Shown one piece after another: positions 9,851-20,659 of a stretch of DNA of 64,000 bases (position 1 is the stretch's first letter; every line of letters begins with the position of its first letter). The stretch comes from an uncultured bacterium (GTDB taxonomy: Bacteria; Fidelibacterota; Marinisomatia; Marinisomatales; JACNKV01). The notes beneath the pieces are model-generated. The model saw only the letters and a program-made list of their open reading frames with translations, did not search any database and was not told the origin of the DNA. A program made the translations under genes and the position numbers. The stretch is taken from the NCBI GenBank assembly GCA_964645915.1, contig CAZYDH010000001.1:76573-140572 (forward strand). The letters are read 5' to 3'.

Positions 9851-12800
9851 ATGGAAATACTTATGAGAAAAATAAAACCATTTATTTTTATAATGATATT
9901 TGCAACGATGTTATTTGCAGGAAATACAGGGAAGATTGCCGGAAGAATAACAGACGCAACAACAGGCGAGCCCCTTATCGGAGCAAACATCATTGTAACG
10001 GGAACATCTCTTGGGTCTGCAACAGATCTGGATGGTTATTATACAATATTATTTGTCCCTCCGGGTCAATACACCCTTAATGTAAATAGTATGGGATATG
10101 CAAAATCCGTGATCACAGATGTTGTTGTGACGGTTGATTTAACAACAACAATCAATGTAGAAATGACAACCGAAGTGCTTGAGGGAGAAATCGTCACAGT
10201 AACAGCAAAGAAACCTTTGATCGAAACGGATTTGGTTTCGTCGCGGAGAAGCATGACATCAGAAATGATTGAAGAGATTCCTGTTGATGATATTGAAGAT
10301 ATATTAAATCTAACAGCAGGGATTGTAGACGGTCATGCTAGGGGTGGACGAGATGGTGAGATTCTATTTTTAATTAATGGTGTCCCGGCCGTTGATCCTA
10401 TTGATAATGAATTCAGTGCAGAAGTTCCAACTTTGGGTATTGCAGAAACCAACATCATTACATCCGGTATTTCCGTTGAGTACAGCAATGCCCTCTCAGG
10501 TGTTGTCAATATGGTTACTCAAGAAGGTAGTTCAAAGTTAAAAGGAACATTCCGTATGAAAACGGATGATAACTCCATGGTTAATTTTGGTTTTCCGGGG
10601 TTAAATAAAGAAACAGTATATGAAGGGGCTTTGGGTGGTCCATTGCTAAACCTCCCTGTTCGTTGGTTTGTTGCAGGTGAAGTCACAAACACTCAGGGAA
10701 GATATGGTGTGGCCGAACGAGAAGCAGGTGCTGTTACAACAAGCTTAACTTGGCGTCCTTTCCCTAAATCAAAATTTAAACTCGCGGTAAATAATAATTA
10801 TTCAAAAAACAATCAATATAGCTATCGATATAGTCGTGTCAGTTATGAAAATGAAAATTCTGATAATGATGATAGACTGGACAGAGTTGTTACTATCCAA
10901 GCAAAAGATATTTTTGATCCGACAACATATGGTACAGATGGTTTATTGTATGGATTGAATATGGAAGATGTCATTTCAATCGCTGGATTAAGTGCAGACG
11001 ATATTCCAAAAAGAAATGTAATGATTGAAGTTGATAAAGATGGTACAGGAGGAATTATTGCAGGAGATGGGGACTTTAGAGAAGAAGATCTTAATGGGAA
11101 TTCTCAATGGGATATTATTGATTTTAATCGGTCAGGCGCTACTACCGACTCCAGCTTTATTGATATGAATGATGATGGAGTATATCAATGGGGCGTTGAT
11201 GTGCCAACAAGCACAAATGCAACTGAGGTTGATGGGCATGCAGTTATTTTAGCAAATAGAAACTTAACCGATGACCCGCTTGCTTCTGGCTTCAATGATT
11301 CATTTAGCATGTTAGATCACTTGCTGCGATTCAAAGATAACAGTTCACATATTAGTTTGAGCTTGAACCAACAATTTGCTAAAAACTCTTTCTTGATGGT
11401 TAGTTTAAGCAGATTTAAAACATATTACCATTATGACACTGAAGAATCTTCTAGTATCCCTTCATATATTGATTTTCTAGATGAAGCAGGGGTTGAACAG
11501 AAATATATTAATGATTATAAGGATAATCTGTTTACAGACTGGAACAACAATGACTTTCTGGATATTTCCGAAGATGCATTCCCCGATGATTATTCAAAAT
11601 GGTTAGCTTGGGAAGATATTCCGATCCAAAACACGCAAGACAGAGATAAATTTTATACATATGGCAATGGAACTACATTTTCACGTAATAGATGGAACGA
11701 AGATGAAAAAGTAATTTGGAATTTTAAAACCACATTAACGAGCCAAGCTACAAAACATCATTTACTGAGAGCTGGTTTTGAAATGAACCTATATGATGTG
11801 TTTGATCACGATATTGATATGCCGTCAGGTGGAAATATTTATGGTCAAAATATTGGTTCAAGAAATGATTGGGGTCGATTTGGTGAATCCTATTCAGACT
11901 GGGGTCTAGACGGCGTTGAAGGGACGAACGATGACTATGAAGGTAATAATACATGGGATCATCTTGATTATGGGGAAGACGGTGTGCTTGCAATCGATGG
12001 AAATGGTGACGGAGATTATGATGATGATTTTATCGATCTTCCACCGGATGTCGGAGAAGGAGACGGGAAAGTAAACTACAATGAATTACATGAGCCGTTT
12101 GAAGATATATATGATGATGACACGTGGGGCAAGAAACAACAAAAACTAGATCCTATATGGTGGGGAATGTTTGTTGAAGATAAAATGGAATTCAAATCTT
12201 TGGTTGTTGTTAGCGGTATTCGTGTAGATTATTTTAATCCAAAGTTTAGTAATTATCCTTCAGATATTAATGACCCGGTCATTGATCAGACCACAGGAGG
12301 AGAAGTAAAAAATCCAACATCAGTTGATGGCAAATTTTATTGGAGTCCGAGAATTGGTATTTCATACCCAATCACGAATAGAGATGCCTTCTATTTCAAC
12401 TATGGACAGACCTTCCAAATCCCACAATTTCAGTTTATGTATAGAAACATTAATTGGGATTTCTCAGGAGCATTCCCGATCGTTGGCAATCCAGACATAT
12501 TGCCCGAGACAACCACAAGCTATGAGCTTGGGTTGAGACATCAGATCGGACAATTTTGGAGATTAGAAGTCAAAGGGTTCTATAAAGACATTCAAGGACT
12601 GGTTGACACAAAACAAATATGGATAAAAGCTAACCAATACTATACTCGTCATATAAATGGTGATTATGGTAATGTAAAAGGATTAGAAATTGATCTATTT
12701 AGACAATTCACTAAGTACTTTGGCGGGAATATTAACTATACTTATTCCATTGCAAAAGGAAAGAGCTCTTCTGCAATGCAGAACTATAGTTTTACATGGG

Positions 12801-13399
12801 CAAGTCAAATCATTCCTGGTCATGAGAATTATTTAGATTGGGATCAAAGACATACTATAAATGCCACGCTAAAGACAACCATACCATATATTGATGTTGA
12901 TATGAATACAACAGTTAACTATGGAAGTGGATTGCCTTATTCTCCACCAAATAAATCTTTAGAGGTTAAAATTAATACAGAAAGATTGCCGCATACATTC
13001 AATATGGATTTATATGCTAGCAAAAGCTTCAACATCCCTGGTTTTGGTGGCGATACAAAAGCATCTGTGTTCCTCTGGATAGACAATTTGTTCAATAATA
13101 AAAATATTACAGCTGTTTATGATTCCGAATGGTATCACTTGTATACAAACTATCAAAAAGCCTATGAGGACAAAGACAAGGCTGTTTTCCCATCTGAAGA
13201 TGATAATAATGGTATTGATGACGATGGAGATGGATATATTGATGAAACATTTAAAGATGAATATATGTGGGTAATGGATATAGATGGTGATGGTAAAGTT
13301 GATTACAATAAAAAACATCCATCGGGCGGAGTGTATGGTATCCCGGGATATCTTTCACAGGATAGAACAGTTAAGTTTGGTATTTCAGTAAAATTTTAA
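9851..13399 (+). CDS. TonB-dependent receptor-like outer-membrane protein with N-terminal carboxypeptidase-regulatory-like domain
   Basis: 1182 aa. The signal peptide fits better from the alternative ATG at 9863 (MRKIKPFIFIMIFATMLFAG). CarboxypepD_reg-like domain (GKIAGRITDATTGEPLIGANIIV...DGYYTILFVPPGQYTLNV), plug-like region (RGGRDGEILFLINGVP) and a barrel ending in a terminal aromatic (VKFGISVKF). Three Asp-rich DxDxDG insert segments. Confidence 0.85.
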   Translation: MEILMRKIKPFIFIMIFATMLFAGNTGKIAGRITDATTGEPLIGANIIVTGTSLGSATDLDGYYTILFVPPGQYTLNVNSMGYAKSVITDVVVTVDLTTTINVEMTTEVLEGEIVTVTAKKPLIETDLVSSRRSMTSEMIEEIPVDDIEDILNLTAGIVDGHARGGRDGEILFLINGVPAVDPIDNEFSAEVPTLGIAETNIITSGISVEYSNALSGVVNMVTQEGSSKLKGTFRMKTDDNSMVNFGFPGLNKETVYEGALGGPLLNLPVRWFVAGEVTNTQGRYGVAEREAGAVTTSLTWRPFPKSKFKLAVNNNYSKNNQYSYRYSRVSYENENSDNDDRLDRVVTIQAKDIFDPTTYGTDGLLYGLNMEDVISIAGLSADDIPKRNVMIEVDKDGTGGIIAGDGDFREEDLNGNSQWDIIDFNRSGATTDSSFIDMNDDGVYQWGVDVPTSTNATEVDGHAVILANRNLTDDPLASGFNDSFSMLDHLLRFKDNSSHISLSLNQQFAKNSFLMVSLSRFKTYYHYDTEESSSIPSYIDFLDEAGVEQKYINDYKDNLFTDWNNNDFLDISEDAFPDDYSKWLAWEDIPIQNTQDRDKFYTYGNGTTFSRNRWNEDEKVIWNFKTTLTSQATKHHLLRAGFEMNLYDVFDHDIDMPSGGNIYGQNIGSRNDWGRFGESYSDWGLDGVEGTNDDYEGNNTWDHLDYGEDGVLAIDGNGDGDYDDDFIDLPPDVGEGDGKVNYNELHEPFEDIYDDDTWGKKQQKLDPIWWGMFVEDKMEFKSLVVVSGIRVDYFNPKFSNYPSDINDPVIDQTTGGEVKNPTSVDGKFYWSPRIGISYPITNRDAFYFNYGQTFQIPQFQFMYRNINWDFSGAFPIVGNPDILPETTTSYELGLRHQIGQFWRLEVKGFYKDIQGLVDTKQIWIKANQYYTRHINGDYGNVKGLEIDLFRQFTKYFGGNINYTYSIAKGKSSSAMQNYSFTWASQIIPGHENYLDWDQRHTINATLKTTIPYIDVDMNTTVNYGSGLPYSPPNKSLEVKINTERLPHTFNMDLYASKSFNIPGFGGDTKASVFLWIDNLFNNKNITAVYDSEWYHLYTNYQKAYEDKDKAVFPSEDDNNGIDDDGDGYIDETFKDEYMWVMDIDGDGKVDYNKKHPSGGVYGIPGYLSQDRTVKFGISVKF

Positions 13400-13415
13400 T
13401 ACATAGAAGACAATC

Positions 13416-15752
13416 ATGAATAAATACAAAAAAATAACAAGTATCATCATAGTGCTTTCACTAAGTATGGTTGTTGGGAAAAATATAAATACAATTAATT
13501 ATTCCCCAACTTCTATGAGAAGTGCGGCTGTCGATGAATATAGAGTTCACAACGTTGGAAAAGTGTGGACAGCAACCAGCAACTTTGGAAACTACGGCGA
13601 TCCGAATGTTCCCGAAGGACTTCCCTCTATGGAATGGCCGGGAGGTACCGGAACACACCATTTGTGGGAAGGGCGACTGTGGATCTCTGCATTAGTTGAT
13701 GGAGAAAAACGCTGTAGTCACGCAGACTACGGACAGTACGAGTTTCACCCAACCGAGGGAAGCACCTTTGACCTTCCGGCATATCCCGGAAAATCAGTTG
13801 AAGACAGCTATGCAACATTTGATGATTTTGTCGGTCCGCACACGACAACATCCCTTGGCATTAAAATTAAACAAAGAGGATTAACATGGAGTACACCCGA
13901 TTATGACGATTTTGTCATTTATGAACTTGATGTTATTAAAGAACGTAGTGGTGATGATTATAGTGGCGATGAATTAAATGAACTCTATGTAAGTTGGGTA
14001 TATGATTGTGATGTAGGTACCGGAAACGACCCAACAAACCCACATATTGACGATGCTGTTGATTTTGATGGATGGGATGGAAATAATCCGGAAAGTCAGA
14101 TTACTTATAAAATAGACCTTGTCGAAAATGGTGATCTTGATGCGGATGGAGTTATTGAAGGTTATAGTGATGCCGGAGTACCGTACGGATGGAAGAATGT
14201 AGGAAGTCCATCATCATCGCAACCGGATTTTGAACCGACATTAGCATATCCAGACGGATTCTATGATGAATATACTGTTCTGTTATCAGATGATGCTAAT
14301 GCACCGGTTATTGTATGGCAATTAGATGCAACAAATCCCGACTATGATGCGGTTGCTGGGCAGGTTGCCGTGATAAGCGGAGACACATTAAAAGGGTATA
14401 TCGTTCCGAGAAATATGTCTTATATGTATGATGCAGACGATCCAACTACTCCTGAAGATGACACAAATGAAGGAGGTAATGTCCCCGGGTTTATTGGAGG
14501 ACGCTTGCTCTACACAGATATGTGGAAAGCAGGTCCTTACTTAGACACAGAGGATGACACACTCATGCGAGTCTTTAGTCATCAATGGTGGAATTGGGAA
14601 TCCGACCCCGCAACTGATAGAGATAAATTTGATTATGCAACCGGAACGCATATTGAAAGTCGGGGAAATAAATTTATGCCCCACCCATTTAATGTGGGTG
14701 CGCCGACATTTGATTATCGGTTTATGTTAACGACCGGTCCATTTAATAATTTTGAATTAGGTGATACAATAAGCTTTGTTTATGCTGCGATTGTTGGATC
14801 AGGCATTAGAGACCTACGAGTAAATGCTGATAATGCTTTAAAAGCTTATTTTGCCGGAAGTACTTCGAGTCCATATGATCCACTTAGCCCGGATGAAGAC
14901 GTTCATTATTTGTTGCCGATTCCTCCTCCAGTTCCTGTGTTAGCATACAGTCCGTTGGATCAAGGTGTCATGATGTCTTGGGACAATTCTTCAGAATTAG
15001 AAGTTGATCCTCTAGTTGGGGCAGCAGATTTTGAAGGGTATAGAATTTATCGATCAAAATTTGTTCCGGGAAACTGGGAATTGCTTGGTGCCTTTGATAA
15101 TGTAGACGGTCCTGTTTATATGCTTGATTTTGAGACAGGTGATACCTTATTTAATAAACAACAATATGACTTACCTGAATTGACTCATAGTTTTTATGAT
15201 ACATCTTCGGTATTTCAATCTTACGATGTAGATGGCAATATAGTGGATATGATTACTGGGATTGATAAACCAATCAACAATCTTCCTTATTATTATGTTG
15301 TGACAGCTTATGACAATCCAGCAGCACATGGGAAACCGGAATTTCCACCCATTGAATCATCAAAATCCAATTATAAAACCAATGCAACAACCGGAGCACC
15401 TGAGCCCGTTTATCCTAGAAAGTTTTATAACGAAGGAGAAGAATGGAACGGAAAATATGTTTCAGTTTATCCAAATCCATATAAAGGAGCATCTCTACTA
15501 GAAGCTCAATATGAAAACAAAATAAACTTTACACACTTACCCCCTGCATGTAAGATTTCAATCTTCAGCATAACAGGAGATTTGATAAAAGAGATATATC
15601 ACAATGATAGCTCATCAGACGATGCATGGGATTTAACTTCAAAAGCAGATTTGGATGTTGTGAGTGGTATGTATGTCTATGTGGTTGAAACAACCATTAA
15701 ATCATTCCCATCTAAACAAATTGGTAAATTCGTTATTCTGAGGGGTAACTAA
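13416..15752 (+). CDS. secreted protein of unknown function with T9SS-type C-terminal domain
   Basis: 778-aa ORF with a signal peptide (ITSIIIVLSLSMVVG), 16 nt downstream of the receptor gene. The C-terminus VYPNPYKGAS...ISIFSITGDLIKEIY...GMYVYVVET...KFVILRGN resembles a T9SS/FlgD-Ig-like sorting domain. Contains a DLDADGVIEG calcium-loop-like motif. Confidence 0.7.
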   Translation: MNKYKKITSIIIVLSLSMVVGKNINTINYSPTSMRSAAVDEYRVHNVGKVWTATSNFGNYGDPNVPEGLPSMEWPGGTGTHHLWEGRLWISALVDGEKRCSHADYGQYEFHPTEGSTFDLPAYPGKSVEDSYATFDDFVGPHTTTSLGIKIKQRGLTWSTPDYDDFVIYELDVIKERSGDDYSGDELNELYVSWVYDCDVGTGNDPTNPHIDDAVDFDGWDGNNPESQITYKIDLVENGDLDADGVIEGYSDAGVPYGWKNVGSPSSSQPDFEPTLAYPDGFYDEYTVLLSDDANAPVIVWQLDATNPDYDAVAGQVAVISGDTLKGYIVPRNMSYMYDADDPTTPEDDTNEGGNVPGFIGGRLLYTDMWKAGPYLDTEDDTLMRVFSHQWWNWESDPATDRDKFDYATGTHIESRGNKFMPHPFNVGAPTFDYRFMLTTGPFNNFELGDTISFVYAAIVGSGIRDLRVNADNALKAYFAGSTSSPYDPLSPDEDVHYLLPIPPPVPVLAYSPLDQGVMMSWDNSSELEVDPLVGAADFEGYRIYRSKFVPGNWELLGAFDNVDGPVYMLDFETGDTLFNKQQYDLPELTHSFYDTSSVFQSYDVDGNIVDMITGIDKPINNLPYYYVVTAYDNPAAHGKPEFPPIESSKSNYKTNATTGAPEPVYPRKFYNEGEEWNGKYVSVYPNPYKGASLLEAQYENKINFTHLPPACKISIFSITGDLIKEIYHNDSSSDDAWDLTSKADLDVVSGMYVYVVETTIKSFPSKQIGKFVILRGN

Positions 15753-16822
15753 TGATTAAGAAAATAAATACTCTATGGAAAACCACGTGTTTTCTACTAA
15801 TAATTACAGGCCTTGCTCTTGGCAGTGATTCAGACTCTGAAGGTTCCAAAACCGCAAAAGCTGGTTTTGTTGGAGCACAGTTTTTAAAACTGGATGTGGG
15901 CGCAAGAGGATTTTCAATGGGTGCATCAATGGATCCGTTGTTGAGCGATGCTTCTTCAGTGTTTTGGAATCCGGCCGGCCTTGCATTAGCGCCTAATCAA
16001 TATGTTTTTGCTTCAAAAACAAAATGGTTTGCCGATGTTAGTCATATGGCTGCTGCCTATTCGATAAAGGTCCCAAAAATCAGGGGAACGGTTGCAGTCA
16101 GTTTAGTCTCATTGTCATCAGGTGATATGCCTGTTACGACCATCGAAGATCAAGACGGAAGTATCAGTGGAGAAAAATTCAGCACAGGAAGCTATTCTGT
16201 TGGTCTTGGATATGGTGTTAACATCTCGGATAAATTTAGTTTTGGTACACATTTTAAATTCATCCATGAAGATTTTGCTCAGGGTCTATCAGATGTAGAG
16301 GATGGATATGGAGCAGGAAGTACTTGGGCTTTTGATGTGGGAACACTTTATGACACCAATTACAAAACGTTAAAATTGGGAATGTCTATCAGAAACTTTG
16401 GACCGGACTTACAATTGGATGGAAGTTTTATAGATTATAATAATGGTGAGCCAATTTTAGATGAAGACGGAGAACCTGAAGAGAATACGTTCAGACCATA
16501 TGGTTTGCCATTGACTTTCCGTTTTGGAGTAGCAGCAACTCCTCTTGATAATCAAGTACATAAGTTAGCTGTTTCGGTAGTTGCAGAGCATCCCGCCGAT
16601 AATCATGAAAGAATTAATATGGGAACGGAGTACACATTTTCTAAGTTTTTTGTATGTCGGGCAGGATATGTGTTTAATGACGATTCAAGAGGAGGATCTT
16701 TGGGGATTGGTATCAATAATTTCCCGATCGCCAATTTTGGAAGAATTAATATTGATATAGGTATGACAGATTACTCCTTGTTTGATCCTACATATATTGC
16801 ATCATTTGGAATTCAAATTTAA
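15752..16822 (+). CDS. PorV/PorQ-family outer-membrane beta-barrel
   Basis: 356 aa with a signal peptide. The N-terminal motif GAQFLKLDVGARGFSMGASMDPLLSDASSVFWNPAGLA is typical of PorV/PorQ (UPF0164-like) barrels. There are alternating beta-strand patterns throughout. Its start overlaps the upstream stop by 1 nt (TAATG). Confidence 0.7.
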   Translation: MIKKINTLWKTTCFLLIITGLALGSDSDSEGSKTAKAGFVGAQFLKLDVGARGFSMGASMDPLLSDASSVFWNPAGLALAPNQYVFASKTKWFADVSHMAAAYSIKVPKIRGTVAVSLVSLSSGDMPVTTIEDQDGSISGEKFSTGSYSVGLGYGVNISDKFSFGTHFKFIHEDFAQGLSDVEDGYGAGSTWAFDVGTLYDTNYKTLKLGMSIRNFGPDLQLDGSFIDYNNGEPILDEDGEPEENTFRPYGLPLTFRFGVAATPLDNQVHKLAVSVVAEHPADNHERINMGTEYTFSKFFVCRAGYVFNDDSRGGSLGIGINNFPIANFGRINIDIGMTDYSLFDPTYIASFGIQI

Positions 16823-16837
16823 CATCAAGAGAATAAT

Positions 16838-19800
16838 ATGAAACATCTCGTAAAAATAATCATAACTATTGCTCTGATAAATTCACACATTTTTTCTGCG
16901 GACGTAACTCAAGCAGAAGTTGGAGACAACTATATGTTTTGGGTCCTCGGACAGGGGTTTTTCTCAGGGTATTACCAATCAAGTGCTACATTGAATGCTG
17001 AAGGCGAAAACGCAGTTGTCTTCACCGAAGACGCCTTGGTGCGCGATCTAGCATTTTTACCATACAATGATTCCGTGTTGGTTGCTACGACGAACTCCGG
17101 TGTGTTTATTTCAACAGACAGAGGAGATACATGGGTAGCTTCACATGGAACAACGGGGACAAGCGCACTTCCGGAACAACCTGCGAACAACTTAACAAAC
17201 ATCGAGGAAATTCCGTATCAACACAAAGAGGCGGTAAACTCAATCGCATTTGAAGATGAGGAAACCTGGTGGGTTGGGTTGAAAGGAACAGACGATACTA
17301 AAACCATTTATCGTACAACAAATGCCGGTGAAACGTGGAAGAAAAAATCTACTGGAGCTCCAACATTTGATGGGCATAACCCCACCGTTAACAAAATGTA
17401 TTTTGCGCCGGGAATTGATAAACCATATGCTGCAACAGTTGGTGGTTTGTTTTACAAATCCGGATCACGTTTTAAAAACATTGGACACGCATTACCAGAT
17501 CCCTCTACAACGGATTGGCCATCAATCCCGACCTATGATGTAATGGCACAAGGTGAAAAACTATACTTTGCAACCGATTATGGAATGTTTTTTGGCTCAG
17601 TTGAGTTGTCGGCAATTGATGCTCTTCCAATTGGAAATGGAACGGTTGATATTAACTCAAGTGGTTTAACGTATGTCGTTGATGAGGTTCTTGATTCAAC
17701 GCAGACAGATCAATTTACTTGGGATTGGGCTACTGGAGATACGGTCTGGGTTTATGATTATTTTACCAGACTGGATACAGTGTCTTGGCATCTCGGGCTT
17801 GATGTTGAAGCACTAGACCACGCAGGACAATATGTAAATGTTGAGGATACCACAACTAGCACAAAATGGAAAAGTAAAATCAATCCTAGTGGTGTGGTTG
17901 AGTTGATGAATGACTATATTTATCAAGAAGGTTCTTTAGACCCGGATCTCTTGGATTATGCTGATTACGATGCGTCCAATCTTATTGTACATCTTGTGGG
18001 AACTGAACCAATCTATGATTTTGATATTGATTCAGCAGGAAATATATATTATTCTACAGGAACTGAAGTAAAAGTCTTAGGTGGAGAATCCATTGAAGGT
18101 TTAAGTGGGACCATCAACGATATTGAACTTTCGGTAAATGAAGATGCACTATTTACAGCAACGTCAAACGGACTTCAAAAACACGTATTCGGAGAGTCCG
18201 GTTGGACCGAAATAACCCCCAAGATTGGCATGCTCAATAAAAATGATGAAATATCATTTGTGGTTACTTCAATTGTACAATTTAATCAAGACACTCTATT
18301 TGTTAGCTGTGGAAACAATCAATTTGACGACCCAAGGACAGTCACGTATCGTACAGGTGGTGTATTAGCCTCTTATGATGGAGGCAGTACATGGGCTCCA
18401 AAAAATATCGGTTTGACCCATCGTTCATCAACCCCTGATGACGTACAAAGTATTTTAAGAGCAAATGTAGTTCCATTGCCAGTTGACTCAACAACCGTTG
18501 CTGACGAAAATGTTGGAATTTATGATTACGTAACTTCATATTATGGCCAGACACCAAATATTGACAATAATGAAAAAGTGAATATTTTAATCGCCGATAT
18601 GGATGATAATGCCTATAACGCAACGAGCGATCTGATCATTCAGGGATATTTTAGTCCTCCAGACCAAGACCCCACAGAACTTAACAGCAATGCATTGGAT
18701 TTAATCTATCTGGATAGTGATCCTCAGGATCCGGGAGAAGCTCAGGAAGGCATTGCCAGAGCACTTGCAAGGTTGATTTGTCATAATTATGATGCAGATG
18801 AAGAAGAGTGGGTGTTGACAGGATTGGAGCATTTTGCAGCCTATATTACCGGTCATAAATCCATGCCTGACGACTCGTTTGTTTTAAGCAATAACAACAG
18901 CTTGACAAAATACGGTGACTATGGAAATAACACGGAATACGATCAACTATTCCTGATGATGGAATATTTATACGAAAAATATTTCAATGAATCCCCGTTT
19001 GAGGAAAACTCCGGAAAATTGATGTCAGTAATTGTACAGGAGGAAGAAAATAGTGTTGACGGTATCGAGAACGCACTTGGTACTATAAATGCCGGAAAAT
19101 CATTCTCAGAAGTATATTCCGATTGGGCGTTAGCGATTCATTTTGATAACCCTGACAACTCACTCTATGATGGTTTATATGGATTTGAAAATGTAGATGT
19201 AAGCATTGCACCCTCTTCTTATCCGTGGGGTGTTACTTCAGGGTATTCACCCTATTCTGAAACGATTAAAAATTGGTCTGTTAAATATACTCAAACAGAA
19301 AAATGGGTTGATAATAATGGATCATGGACAAACAAAGCATTAGACTTTAATCAGGAAACACTTGTTGTAAATGCCTCTGATAATGGTGATTTTGATATGT
19401 TCCTTATTAAACAGCACCATAAAACCGAAAAAGATTCAACCGCGACAGTAACACTATTGGATCTTAACCTGGATCAAAATAGGATTGTTTACTCTGATTG
19501 GGACGATTTTGGTTCCACAGTGGAATCGGTCACCGACAGCTCTGAAATTAATGAGTATCAGTATTTTGCTCTGATTGTTGTATCAAAAGAAACGGGTAGC
19601 GATGCTGGTGGTTCGTTCGTTGTAGATGACGAAACAGACCCACCGGTGACTTTTGACTTGCATATTAATCAAAATTCAGACCTTGTAAATTACTTGGACA
19701 TCTATGCGTTCAGCGATGTGGCGATCTATGGTGACGGTGCTTCCAGTACAAATAGTGAACTTGAAGGACCTCTTGTAGAAATCAACAATGGAGAAGGTAT

Positions 19801-20659
19801 TGTTACGTCCTTTATTGTTCCACAAGTTTACGATGCCGGAAATGGGTTTGTTTATAGCGCTCCATTTGATCTTAGATCGTTTCTTCCAACAACCATATCT
19901 GAATATTGGTTTATCGGACATGCAGAAAGCATTGGAGGAAATGCAGCAGCTTCGGATAGTGTTTTTGTAGTCGCTATTAAAAACGACAATCAATCTGCTC
20001 GTGAATTTGTTAGCACACACACACAACTGACAATGACGATTCCCGCACAAACCATTGTCGAAAACGAACTACTGACAGTGATTAAAACAGACCAAGATAT
20101 GGCCAACCAAACATTTATGCCGGTTAGCGATGCATTTGCTGTTGGGAATGTAAATGTTGAATTAAGAAGACCAATTACGGTCGGTTTTGATCTGTCGTCA
20201 ATGAATCTTTCCATCGATGATAAACGCAAATTAGATATTTGTTATGAGTTGGATGGCGAACCAATTGCTCTCAACACACAAATTGATTTAATAAATGATA
20301 TTGTTACAGCACAAATAGACAAATGCGGTAACATCCAATTGGTGATCAACTCTAATAAACCTATAGTTGAAGAGGTCCCCAATAGCTATAAGCTATTTCA
20401 AAACCATCCTAATCCGTTTAACCCAAGAACCATCATTCAATATGATATTCCGGAAGCAACAAATGTATCATTAAGTGTTTATGATCTTCTTGGTAGAAAC
20501 ATAAAAACACTGATTAATGAACATCAAAAAGCCGGTCATTATTCAGTTCAATGGGCAGGCCTTGATTACGCAGGGAATAAAGTTTCCTCAGGTATATATT
20601 TCTATAGACTTGAAACAGAACAATTTTCAAAAACATATAAAATGATAATGGTGAAATAA
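16838..20659 (+). CDS. very large secreted protein with Asp-box (BNR) repeats and T9SS C-terminal sorting domain
   Basis: 1273 aa with a signal peptide. Asp-boxes are STDRGDTW (~17111), TTNAGETW (~17315) and SYDGGSTW (~18371). The sorting domain (~20387-20659) is LFQNHPNPFNPRTIIQYDIP...GIYFYRLETEQFSKTYKMIMVK, clearly homologous to the tail of the 6269-9487 gene. Confidence 0.8.
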   Translation: MKHLVKIIITIALINSHIFSADVTQAEVGDNYMFWVLGQGFFSGYYQSSATLNAEGENAVVFTEDALVRDLAFLPYNDSVLVATTNSGVFISTDRGDTWVASHGTTGTSALPEQPANNLTNIEEIPYQHKEAVNSIAFEDEETWWVGLKGTDDTKTIYRTTNAGETWKKKSTGAPTFDGHNPTVNKMYFAPGIDKPYAATVGGLFYKSGSRFKNIGHALPDPSTTDWPSIPTYDVMAQGEKLYFATDYGMFFGSVELSAIDALPIGNGTVDINSSGLTYVVDEVLDSTQTDQFTWDWATGDTVWVYDYFTRLDTVSWHLGLDVEALDHAGQYVNVEDTTTSTKWKSKINPSGVVELMNDYIYQEGSLDPDLLDYADYDASNLIVHLVGTEPIYDFDIDSAGNIYYSTGTEVKVLGGESIEGLSGTINDIELSVNEDALFTATSNGLQKHVFGESGWTEITPKIGMLNKNDEISFVVTSIVQFNQDTLFVSCGNNQFDDPRTVTYRTGGVLASYDGGSTWAPKNIGLTHRSSTPDDVQSILRANVVPLPVDSTTVADENVGIYDYVTSYYGQTPNIDNNEKVNILIADMDDNAYNATSDLIIQGYFSPPDQDPTELNSNALDLIYLDSDPQDPGEAQEGIARALARLICHNYDADEEEWVLTGLEHFAAYITGHKSMPDDSFVLSNNNSLTKYGDYGNNTEYDQLFLMMEYLYEKYFNESPFEENSGKLMSVIVQEEENSVDGIENALGTINAGKSFSEVYSDWALAIHFDNPDNSLYDGLYGFENVDVSIAPSSYPWGVTSGYSPYSETIKNWSVKYTQTEKWVDNNGSWTNKALDFNQETLVVNASDNGDFDMFLIKQHHKTEKDSTATVTLLDLNLDQNRIVYSDWDDFGSTVESVTDSSEINEYQYFALIVVSKETGSDAGGSFVVDDETDPPVTFDLHINQNSDLVNYLDIYAFSDVAIYGDGASSTNSELEGPLVEINNGEGIVTSFIVPQVYDAGNGFVYSAPFDLRSFLPTTISEYWFIGHAESIGGNAAASDSVFVVAIKNDNQSAREFVSTHTQLTMTIPAQTIVENELLTVIKTDQDMANQTFMPVSDAFAVGNVNVELRRPITVGFDLSSMNLSIDDKRKLDICYELDGEPIALNTQIDLINDIVTAQIDKCGNIQLVINSNKPIVEEVPNSYKLFQNHPNPFNPRTIIQYDIPEATNVSLSVYDLLGRNIKTLINEHQKAGHYSVQWAGLDYAGNKVSSGIYFYRLETEQFSKTYKMIMVK

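Noticed and set aside
18755-18850. Active zinc metallopeptidase domain in the 1273-aa cargo
   Set aside because: No intact HExxH is present; the region reads HNYDA. Only a degenerate or inactive homologue can be proposed, and even that is unverified.
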